Shown here: positions 1 to 6,231 of the stretch, piece after piece
How positions within the stretch are numbered: position 1 is the first letter of the stretch
Layout: each line of letters starts with the position of its first letter
Source: an uncultured virus (IMG/VR IMGVR_UViG_3300044859_000256)
Taxonomy: Duplodnaviria > Heunggongvirae > Uroviricota > Caudoviricetes
Length of the DNA: 26,321 bases
Direction: 5' to 3' (one strand)
IMG/VR virus record: IMGVR_UViG_3300044859_000256
Notes under the pieces: model-generated
Told to the model about the DNA's origin: nothing
Database searches by the model: none
Seen by the model: only the letters and a program-made list of their open reading frames with translations
Position numbers and translations under genes: made by a program

Positions 1-155
1 GAAGCAACTTCGCCGTTTCTCACATTGAGAATGGAGAATACCACATCATACACCGCTTCAGGCTCACTGAAACGAGATGGTTCAATAAGCATAAACTGTA
101 GCACAGTATAATTATCTTGGTCAATTGTTAATGTCTTAGTGAATGTCTCATTCAT
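1..155 (-). CDS. hypothetical protein, runs off the window edge (MNETFTKTLTIDQDNYTVLQF...)
   Basis: ATG at 155 overlaps the TGA of 152..421 (ATGA coupling). The frame stays open to the window edge. Not in the ORF track. Confidence 0.7.
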   Translation of the reverse strand, partial: MNETFTKTLTIDQDNYTVLQFMLIEPSRFSEPEAVYDVVFSILNVRNGEVA

Positions 156-421
156 ATCTTTACCTTCTTGATAGATTTTATACAGCCAATCGGTATGCAA
201 TTAACATCCGATACAATAGAACCAACATCATCCCAAGTAGCAGCAACAGTAATGTACTCTTGATTACACTCATAGAGTTTAGCAATACTTATACATTGAT
301 GAGGGTGCATATCATAGATGTCTTTCTTATCCATCCATGAGTCAGCATACCCAGAGATATCTTCCCATTCGATAATAACAATTGCGTTAATCAGTTTCTC
401 TAACTCAGTATCAAACACCAT
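152..421 (-). CDS. conserved-looking small phage protein of unknown function
   Basis: SD-like AGAAAGGA before the ATG. The pattern EW.DI....W...C.S...IP.GCI resembles a widespread uncharacterised phage family (recognised by eye). Confidence 0.85.
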   Translation of the reverse strand: MVFDTELEKLINAIVIIEWEDISGYADSWMDKKDIYDMHPHQCISIAKLYECNQEYITVAATWDDVGSIVSDVNCIPIGCIKSIKKVKI

Positions 422-439
422 GATAGTATCCTTTCTTAG

Positions 440-511
440 TGGGACAGAAGAGACTTGAACTCTTAACCAATCGGTTAAAAGCCGACTGCTCTACCATTGA
501 GCTACAATCCC
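440..511 (-). tRNA. tRNA-Lys(UUU)
   Basis: Cloverleaf GGGATTG-TA-GCTC AATGGTA GAGC-A-GTCGG CT TTT AA CCGAT-TGGTT-AAGAG TTCAAGT CTCTT-CTGTCCC-A. No encoded CCA. Confidence 0.95.
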
Positions 512-516
512 TATAG

Positions 517-589
517 TAGCACGGGTGGGAGTCGAACCCACACTACACAGATTTTAAGTCTGTAGACTCTGCCATTGGTCTACCGTGCC
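517..589 (-). tRNA. tRNA-Leu(UAA) with short variable loop
   Basis: GGCACGG-TA-GAC CAATGGCAGA GTC-T-ACAGA CT TAA AA TCTGT-GTAGT-GTGGG TTCGACT CCCAC-CCGTGCT-A. A73 discriminator, 3-bp D stem, 5-nt variable loop. Confidence 0.92.
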
Positions 590-590
590 A

Positions 591-644
591 TAGGTAGGAT
601 ACATAGCATGATAGGGTCAAAGCCTATTGTATATGCACCTACCA
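591..644 (-). ncRNA. armless tRNA-Gln(UUG)-like hairpin
   Basis: TGGTAGG-TGCATATACA-ATAGG CT TTG AC CCTAT-CATGCTATGTAT-CCTACCT-A. Acceptor-like stem plus a perfect anticodon stem-loop, with no D or T arm. Fills the Arg-Leu spacer almost exactly. Confidence 0.6.
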
Positions 645-647
645 AAG

Positions 648-721
648 CGTCCCTGACTGGACTCGAACCAGTAACCTATCGGGTAGAAACCGATGCCTCT
701 ATCCAATTGAGATACAAGGAC
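648..721 (-). tRNA. tRNA-Arg(UCU)
   Basis: GTCCTTG-TA-TCTC AATTGGATA GAGG-C-ATCGG TT TCT AC CCGAT-AGGTT-ACTGG TTCGAGT CCAGT-CAGGGAC-G. The A20 Arg identity base is present. Confidence 0.95.
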
Positions 722-727
722 AGTGGT

Positions 728-1153
728 TTAAAGTTCAGCAACATGCACATCAATAACATCAGCAAGTTTAGCGAATGACATACCATGATCATTCAGTTCT
801 GCCAAAGAGTCTTGTGCATGTGATGCATTAGTGAATCGTCCAAGTGCATCGTGCATACCTGCCCATTCACGAACACGCAATGGTAACACAAGACTATCAT
901 TATCATAGACAGTGATAGAGTCATCACCTATACTCAACATCTGAGTGTGTTGAAGGTTCACATCTGACTTACGAGTAACAACCTTAACATCTAATTCATC
1001 AGGGTTCTGTTGCATATACAGATCACACAGTACACCAAGGCAGCAGTACATACATGTCCCATTAATATCTGTGGCATGTAGTTTACCTTGCCCTTGCTGA
1101 TAAGTACCAGACTTAAGAGCATCAACCCATTGCTTAGCAATATCAATCTTCAT
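728..1153 (-). CDS. conserved phage hypothetical protein (W..AL.SG.Y.QG / CCLGVLCD family)
   Basis: Motifs WVDALKSGTYQQG, CCLGVLCDL and LAELND.GMSF..LAD.I. Start moved to the ATG at 1153, which follows AAGGA. Confidence 0.85.
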   Translation of the reverse strand: MKIDIAKQWVDALKSGTYQQGQGKLHATDINGTCMYCCLGVLCDLYMQQNPDELDVKVVTRKSDVNLQHTQMLSIGDDSITVYDNDSLVLPLRVREWAGMHDALGRFTNASHAQDSLAELNDHGMSFAKLADVIDVHVAEL

Positions 1154-1421
1154 TGTCATCTTCCTTATAGTTAGGATCAATAGAGAGAACACGCTTCATC
1201 TCAGTAATATATTCATAACCCGCAGTAATCATTGCACTTTCAAGATGGTCTTCCCTAAAGGTAACATACCCATCAGTCTCCTTGTAATGCTTAGGGTCTA
1301 GTGTCATCTCTTCAGGTGTCCACATAGCAACGGCATACCCTTGCTTACGAATCCAAGAGTATGCTTGGTATACATTCTCTTCAATACTTTCATCCTTATT
1401 ATACACAAAGACATCAGCCAT
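1143..1421 (-). CDS. hypothetical protein, paralog of 1414..1638
   Basis: Start MADVF at 1421 after AAGGAAGGA. Shares W.R..G[YF]AV...TP[ED][ED]...[DE]PK with its neighbour. Confidence 0.85.
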   Translation of the reverse strand: MADVFVYNKDESIEENVYQAYSWIRKQGYAVAMWTPEEMTLDPKHYKETDGYVTFREDHLESAMITAGYEYITEMKRVLSIDPNYKEDDNED

Positions 1422-1638
1422 TGTAGTATCCTTCCTTAAGCCATTCAATGTAGTTAGTAGCAGCCGCTTGCATCTCAAGTTCTACTGTCTCTCTATTAAT
1501 CTTATCCTGTTTAGGTTCAACTTCTAAATCATCAGGCGTAAGTATAGTAACAGCAAACCCATGAAGACGGAGCCAATCATACATACGATCAGCAGTCTCA
1601 TAGATAGTTTCATTAGCATCTAAGTCGGGTAAGATCAT
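1414..1638 (-). CDS. hypothetical protein, paralog of 1143..1421
   Basis: SD AAAGGA, overlap with the downstream gene, and the shared motif. Confidence 0.85.
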   Translation of the reverse strand: MILPDLDANETIYETADRMYDWLRLHGFAVTILTPDDLEVEPKQDKINRETVELEMQAAATNYIEWLKEGYYNG

Positions 1639-1651
1639 AAGGTTCCTTTAA

Positions 1652-1727
1652 TAGAAGGGGCGGGAGTTGCACCCACATACTCACACTTATAAGGTGTGCG
1701 CTATAACTGCGTTTCAGCCACCCTTCT
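1652..1727 (-). tRNA. tRNA-Ile(UAU), non-canonical D and T loops
   Basis: AGAAGGG-TG-GCT GAAACGCAGTTAT AGC-G-CACAC CT TAT AA GTGTG-AGTAT-GTGGG TGCAACT CCCGC-CCCTTCT-A. All four stems pair. Confidence 0.85.
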
Positions 1728-1731
1728 CTGT

Positions 1732-1950
1732 TTACTTCTTCTTCTTCTTGAGAGGGACAGTTCTGTTATCCATACGCATACCACTAAGTTGGTTGTCTAA
1801 TAGTTGACACCACTTAATCAAACCATCACAGCGTTCATTCACTTCATGTAGTCGAGTATCATAATGCCTACGACTTAAGATGTCACTAACAATATTTATA
1901 ACAACATGTGCAATAAATCCAAACATTAGAATCAGTAGCGGGATATCCAT
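1732..1950 (-). CDS. small protein with N-terminal transmembrane helix
   Basis: Hydrophobic N-terminus (LLILMFGFIAHVVINIV). TAATG coupling to the upstream gene. Confidence 0.8.
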   Translation of the reverse strand: MDIPLLILMFGFIAHVVINIVSDILSRRHYDTRLHEVNERCDGLIKWCQLLDNQLSGMRMDNRTVPLKKKKK

Positions 1951-2162
1951 TAGTCTTCTTCTCCATTAATATCAGGTAGTTCTTCAGTCCATTCATAAGT
2001 TGGTGGGATATACCAATCTTCAGGGATCATGCCACTAACATATGATTTAAAATTAGCATGCATGTTCTTAGTCCATGCATCAAACTTATCAGCGGGGATT
2101 TCACCCGGATCAATGCCCTTCTCAGTAAGAAGGACAATCATATATGCGGTGATAATATCCAT
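1950..2162 (-). CDS. hypothetical protein
   Basis: TAATG-coupled at both ends. Confidence 0.8.
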   Translation of the reverse strand: MDIITAYMIVLLTEKGIDPGEIPADKFDAWTKNMHANFKSYVSGMIPEDWYIPPTYEWTEELPDINGEED

Positions 2163-2377
2163 TAGTCGATACTAATTGAAAGGGAGATATCAGAGACAGC
2201 ATCATCAACCAACTCAGTAACCTTCTCACTAATAGCATCCTTGATAAGGTACTTACAATCACTACTCTCAAGGTATGCGGTAACAGCATGCTCACAGATT
2301 AGATTAATCTTACCCGTCAAGTCCTTAGTGATCAGGTCAACGAGAGTCTTAACAGCAGTATCTAGTTCGTTATTCAT
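2162..2377 (-). CDS. hypothetical acidic protein
   Basis: GGAG SD, with overlapping stop/start at both ends. Confidence 0.8.
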   Translation of the reverse strand: MNNELDTAVKTLVDLITKDLTGKINLICEHAVTAYLESSDCKYLIKDAISEKVTELVDDAVSDISLSISID

Positions 2378-2586
2378 TGTGTCTCCAGTAAGTGGTCAAG
2401 TTGGTTAATAAACAATTCTTCATCTTCAGTAAGATAAAACTTATCGACTGTCATAGTATCAAAGTCATTCAGCATACGCTGAGCATCATCTCTCTTCTTA
2501 GGATCTTCGATCCAATAATGAAAGACAGCAGCCACTTCTTTAATAAACTTAATGTTATCAGAGATGATTGTAGTAGACGGTGACAT
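2374..2586 (-). CDS. hypothetical protein
   Basis: AGGAG SD, coupled to both neighbours. Confidence 0.8.
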   Translation of the reverse strand: MSPSTTIISDNIKFIKEVAAVFHYWIEDPKKRDDAQRMLNDFDTMTVDKFYLTEDEELFINQLDHLLETQ

Positions 2587-2849
2587 TAGTCTGCTCCTGA
2601 TGGTAAGGTGTCATAGGTATCCTCTTCACCACGGTAAGGTGTCAATGGATTAAAGTTTAACTCTTCAATAACATTATCTAACAACCCTTTGATTGTATCA
2701 TAGTCAACTATAGTAGGGTAGAAGTCTTTGATATCTACAGTACCCATCTCCCATTCCCCATCCTCAATAGTCCACTCAATGCTAAAGTCTACATCAATGT
2801 TACCATAGTCTTCAGTATAGATATTCATAGTGTGATTATTAATTCTCAT
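2586..2849 (-). CDS. hypothetical highly acidic protein
   Basis: GGGAG SD. Very rich in D/E. Confidence 0.8.
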   Translation of the reverse strand: MRINNHTMNIYTEDYGNIDVDFSIEWTIEDGEWEMGTVDIKDFYPTIVDYDTIKGLLDNVIEELNFNPLTPYRGEEDTYDTLPSGAD

Positions 2850-2949
2850 TTCAAGTTCTCCCTAAAGTTACTTATCAGTAGCCCCAACTATTCGGCAGGT
2901 TGCCGATAGTGCAAGGCTTTGTGTTTCTCCGGCGCACACCGGATACCAT

Positions 2950-3150
2950 CTAGGATTGTTGTAGGTTAGTACGCACCCTACCCATATGATCTTCGTCCCC
3001 ATCGGCAACGGCTTTACCATAATTTGTATACCACCATCCATAGGATAGGGCATCTGTCTTGTCTCTGAATCCATTGACATATACTCCATCTACTGTGACA
3101 TTATACCACATCTCTCCTTGATACAACGCCTTGACAATCTCATACTTCAT
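2950..3150 (-). CDS. hypothetical protein
   Basis: GAGG SD. The start overlaps the end of 3140..3286. Confidence 0.65.
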   Translation of the reverse strand: MKYEIVKALYQGEMWYNVTVDGVYVNGFRDKTDALSYGWWYTNYGKAVADGDEDHMGRVRTNLQQS

Positions 3151-3286
3151 CTGCAGTTACCTCATCAATGTAATATGGATAAGGAAAGTGTTGCATTGCA
3201 TCAGTAATCATCATCAATGCATTGTCTGCATCTTGTGAGTCAACATCATCAATCTCTGGGATCTCTACAACCATATAGATTTTCAT
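3140..3286 (-). CDS. 48-aa acidic hypothetical protein (MKIYMVVEIPEIDDVDSQDAD...)
   Basis: Below the ORF-track cutoff. ATGA overlap with the upstream gene, and it fills the gap exactly. Confidence 0.75.
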   Translation of the reverse strand: MKIYMVVEIPEIDDVDSQDADNALMMITDAMQHFPYPYYIDEVTADEV

Positions 3287-3471
3287 GGGTTCACCATTGG
3301 GTAAGAGTATAGTTCAATGTCAGCACCTGCATATGTCAGTCCGAGAGTAATAGCATAACGCTTAGCGTCATGCTTACTGTCAAGGATAAGACGCACTTGT
3401 CCATTCATCTTTACTACATAGCATGGGCTAGTAGTCTGTTTAGTCTTAGACTTCTGCTTCAAGGTTTTCAT
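3283..3471 (-). CDS. hypothetical protein
   Basis: ATG start MKTLK at 3471 after GGAG. Confidence 0.75.
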   Translation of the reverse strand: MKTLKQKSKTKQTTSPCYVVKMNGQVRLILDSKHDAKRYAITLGLTYAGADIELYSYPMVNP

Positions 3472-3652
3472 ACTTGTCTCCAAAGATAATGGCGATGATC
3501 TCAACATCTCTATATAGATAACGCAATCCCTTACTTACTTGTTTAGTAGACCCAGCCAATACAAAGTGTGAGCATTCAATAAAGATCTCACCCTCTCCTT
3601 TAATAGATGGGTTATATATAACAACAACATTATACGGGGCTAACTCTTGCAT
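3446..3652 (-). CDS. hypothetical protein
   Basis: GGAGG SD and TAATG coupling. Confidence 0.8.
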   Translation of the reverse strand: MQELAPYNVVVIYNPSIKGEGEIFIECSHFVLAGSTKQVSKGLRYLYRDVEIIAIIFGDKYENLEAEV

Positions 3653-3825
3653 TAATCCTCCAGTTGGTCAAAGATAACAGAACGGAGATGATCCTTACGC
3701 TTACTATAGATGTAACCGATAGAGATGATTACATCTAACCGATCCACAGCCCATAGACTCATGAACTCTTGTTGTAACATTTCATCCCTATCATCATAGA
3801 TAATCAGTACATTCCATAGTGTCAT
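3652..3825 (-). CDS. 57-aa hypothetical protein (MTLWNVLIIYDDRDEM...)
   Basis: Below the track cutoff. GGAGG SD, with ATGA and TAATG overlaps on either side. Confidence 0.8.
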   Translation of the reverse strand: MTLWNVLIIYDDRDEMLQQEFMSLWAVDRLDVIISIGYIYSKRKDHLRSVIFDQLED

Positions 3826-4046
3826 TGCGTAGCCTCCGGATATTCCATGCTAGTAAACATCTTAGTGTACACATTACACAATGCACCAATGGTAGCAATG
3901 TTACTCATGTGTGCAATCTCATACTCCGCATCGGTATCGAAACTATCACGATAGTTGTGATTTAGATTAGTACCATACTCACTAATGGATTCCCGAAGGA
4001 GACACAGTACTACTAGCACATCCTCTCCTTCAATAGTTACTTTCAT
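3822..4046 (-). CDS. hypothetical protein
   Basis: AAGGA SD, coupled to both neighbours. Confidence 0.8.
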   Translation of the reverse strand: MKVTIEGEDVLVVLCLLRESISEYGTNLNHNYRDSFDTDAEYEIAHMSNIATIGALCNVYTKMFTSMEYPEATQ

Positions 4047-4132
4047 TAATATTCCTTATCAGTAAAGAGGTAGTTAATATAACAACTCAATACAATACAT
4101 ACAATAACCCATGATGCAACCATCATAATCAT
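4046..4132 (-). CDS. 28-aa membrane peptide (MIMMVASWVIVCIVLSCYINYLFTDKEY)
   Basis: AAGGA SD, ATGA and TAATG overlaps, one hydrophobic helix. Confidence 0.65.
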   Translation of the reverse strand: MIMMVASWVIVCIVLSCYINYLFTDKEY

Positions 4133-4233
4133 TGCTTATTAATTTCCTTGTTCTCATCAATACAATAGAGTAGGCATGCTACAATGAGCACACCAATAGC
4201 ACCACCTATGATAGGGAATATGATACCAATCAT
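4129..4233 (-). CDS. 34-aa membrane peptide (MIGIIFPIIGGAIGVLIVACLLYCIDENKEINKQ)
   Basis: GGAGG SD, ATGA overlaps at both ends, one hydrophobic helix. Confidence 0.7.
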   Translation of the reverse strand: MIGIIFPIIGGAIGVLIVACLLYCIDENKEINKQ

Positions 4234-4514
4234 ACCTCTACCTCCGTCCACTTACTAACACCATTCATTTTATTGATAGTCTTCTTAAGTGAGTCTACAT
4301 ACTCCTCAAGTTTACCCACAGTAGCGGCATAATACTTAAGGGTATTAGTAAACCCTTCATTGCCCGTCTTCAAGATAGCATTAGCATCTTGTAGTCTCTT
4401 ATTAGCCTCGACTAACTCTCCAATCTTATCAGAGAACTCAGACTGAACAGCCTCAAGGTGTACGATGTACGCTTGTGCTGCAGTCAACATCTTCTTTACT
4501 TCTGTTTCGTTCAT
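4230..4514 (-). CDS. coiled-coil hypothetical protein
   Basis: Start MNETE at 4514 after AAAGGAG. Heptad-like L/I pattern. Confidence 0.8.
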   Translation of the reverse strand: MNETEVKKMLTAAQAYIVHLEAVQSEFSDKIGELVEANKRLQDANAILKTGNEGFTNTLKYYAATVGKLEEYVDSLKKTINKMNGVSKWTEVEV

Positions 4515-4545
4515 AGTGTCTCCTTTATAGGAAAGAAAGTAAGTC

Positions 4546-4818
4546 TTAGACATAGTGAAGGACAGATGTAATGTCCAACATATTAACATGCATACACGCT
4601 CCATCATCATGACATATACTAATCCACTGATTAGCAGACACTTGTCGCATCTCAATCTTAATTGAATCCCTAGCCCATCCCGGCAATGATTCAGCAACCA
4701 TATCAGCCAATCGACTCTCTTGTACATCCTTCATATCACTAAAGACACCAAGGGGAAGCGTTCCCTTATCACCATGCGCGGTGAGTACCTCAAGACTCCG
4801 ACTTGTTACTACGATCAT
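4546..4818 (-). CDS. hypothetical protein
   Basis: AGGA SD inside the end of the upstream gene. Confidence 0.75.
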   Translation of the reverse strand: MIVVTSRSLEVLTAHGDKGTLPLGVFSDMKDVQESRLADMVAESLPGWARDSIKIEMRQVSANQWISICHDDGACMHVNMLDITSVLHYV

Positions 4819-4819
4819 G

Positions 4820-5077
4820 TTACTTTCCTACTTTCTTAGCAAACATAGTTCCATTGTTATAACGAATCTCATACGCATTCTCATCGGCAATACGACCGAG
4901 ATACTTAATGGCAGTCTCAGCATAGACTACATCAACATAATCACAAGGATCAACCAAAGGATACATACGGTATCCACAGTAATCTTGCTCATCCTTGATC
5001 TCCTTAATAACAATGACACCACCACGATTAAACTCCTTAGAGATACCGTTCAATGTCTGTGTTCCTACTACTGACAT
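4820..5077 (-). CDS. hypothetical protein
   Basis: TAATG coupling to the upstream gene. Confidence 0.8.
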   Translation of the reverse strand: MSVVGTQTLNGISKEFNRGGVIVIKEIKDEQDYCGYRMYPLVDPCDYVDVVYAETAIKYLGRIADENAYEIRYNNGTMFAKKVGK

Positions 5078-5265
5078 TACTTGCCTACTTTCTTATTGAT
5101 ACGAATCTTAGTAAACACTCCAACCTTACGGAGTGCAATGATAACAGCCTTCTCATTCAACCCCATACCCCGAAGGTATTGGAATGCCTTCAGTTCATCC
5201 TGAGATGAATTCCCTGCATTCAACAACAACTGCCGACCAACCGTATCAATCGTCTTAGTAGCCAT
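5077..5265 (-). CDS. small basic hypothetical protein
   Basis: Strong SD AAGGAGG. Confidence 0.8.
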   Translation of the reverse strand: MATKTIDTVGRQLLLNAGNSSQDELKAFQYLRGMGLNEKAVIIALRKVGVFTKIRINKKVGK

Positions 5266-5281
5266 AGTAACCTCCTTGAAT

Positions 5282-5313
5282 GGATGATAGGGGATATTTC
5301 ACCCCTACCATCC
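5282..5313 (-). promoter_or_regulatory. intergenic RNA hairpin, candidate processing or stabiliser stem
   Basis: GGATGGTAGGGG-N8-CCCCTATCATCC. 12-bp stem whose G-U pair forms only on the minus strand. No U-tract. Confidence 0.55.
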
Positions 5314-5331
5314 GATAGATTAGATCATACC

Positions 5332-5631
5332 TTACAGACCAAACTCAGCAAGAACATTCGATGCTTCATTAGCAGCATTGCTCTTGTTAGTACCGGGAGC
5401 AGGTAGACCAACCCACGAATTGAACTCAGCCCGTTCATCACGATCAAAGCCAAGATGACCACCGCGAACCAACAGAGCATTCATCTGACCAAAGACAGAC
5501 GATGCAATGCCTTGCGTAGTATGCTTGGCATTCTTAGCCTTGCAGTACAAGTAATCATACACCGCTCCGGCGGTTTCCATATCAGCAGAACGACCCTTGT
5601 TCATGAAAGTAATGAGAGTATTCTTATCCAT
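5332..5631 (-). CDS. first gene of the early-type cluster, hypothetical protein
   Basis: Start MDKNTL at 5631 after GGAG. Confidence 0.85.
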   Translation of the reverse strand: MDKNTLITFMNKGRSADMETAGAVYDYLYCKAKNAKHTTQGIASSVFGQMNALLVRGGHLGFDRDERAEFNSWVGLPAPGTNKSNAANEASNVLAEFGL

Positions 5632-5673
5632 AGTGATTATTCTCCGAAAGAGGATGAAAGGATAGAACAATTC

Positions 5674-5743
5674 TACCCTCTAGCAATACCCTACGAAAGA
5701 ACGCAGGGGATTCTAGAGGGTACTCTAGTGCCAAACTAGAGTA
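5674..5743 (-). promoter_or_regulatory. leader hairpins upstream of the first early gene
   Basis: TACCCTCTAG/CTAGAGGGTA stem extended by CCCTGCG/CGTAGGG, plus an adjacent TACTCTAGT/ACTAGAGTA stem. Confidence 0.5.
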
Positions 5744-6056
5744 TCCACCATCTTACGTACTGAGATATCTATCGCTTTCGCCTTTACTATACCTCAGTCT
5801 TATTCAATCTCCTCACTTGCTCCACCTCTTGGGGCTGCAAGTTACGCTTATTGAACGATGCCCTATGGGCATAGCACTCCTCGTGCCACTTCCTTACGTC
5901 AGAATCATCGGCTTACCATAAGTGCGAGGATTCATCGGGTTACCTACTAGGACGGCTTATTGGATGCGTTCCATATCGTAGGGGAAGTTCTGATAACATT
6001 CACGCTTGTGACGCTACTGCCCCCCTCATGTCGGTGAGGGATCCATCGGCACTCAA

Positions 6057-6229
6057 GCCGGGGTTCGCGCGGTCTGCGTGACATCACCTCCGACAACCCT
6101 TCGGGCGTTGGCTTTACCTGCTACGATGTCCCGTGAGGGCGGTAGATCCGGTAAGGTGCAATCAGGTCGGCGATTCGTATTCGCTGACACTTTACAACGC
6201 ATCAGCCGCGGAAATCCGCAACGCATGGC
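6057..6229 (+). ncRNA. candidate multibranch structured RNA
   Basis: A closing stem encloses three hairpins with UUCG and GUGA loops. Several G-U pairs work only on the plus strand. Confidence 0.4.
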
Positions 6230-6231
6230 AG

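Noticed and set aside
575..778. Plus-strand 67-aa ORF
   Set aside because: It is antisense to tRNA-Arg and the adjacent elements.
2868..3089. Overlapping 73-aa minus-strand ORF
   Set aside because: It overlaps 2950..3150 by 140 nt and has a weaker start context. A shorter version of its 3' part cannot be excluded.
6050..6230. Hammerhead or HDV-like ribozyme
   Set aside because: No complete CUGAUGA/GAAA core or nested double pseudoknot could be built by eye.
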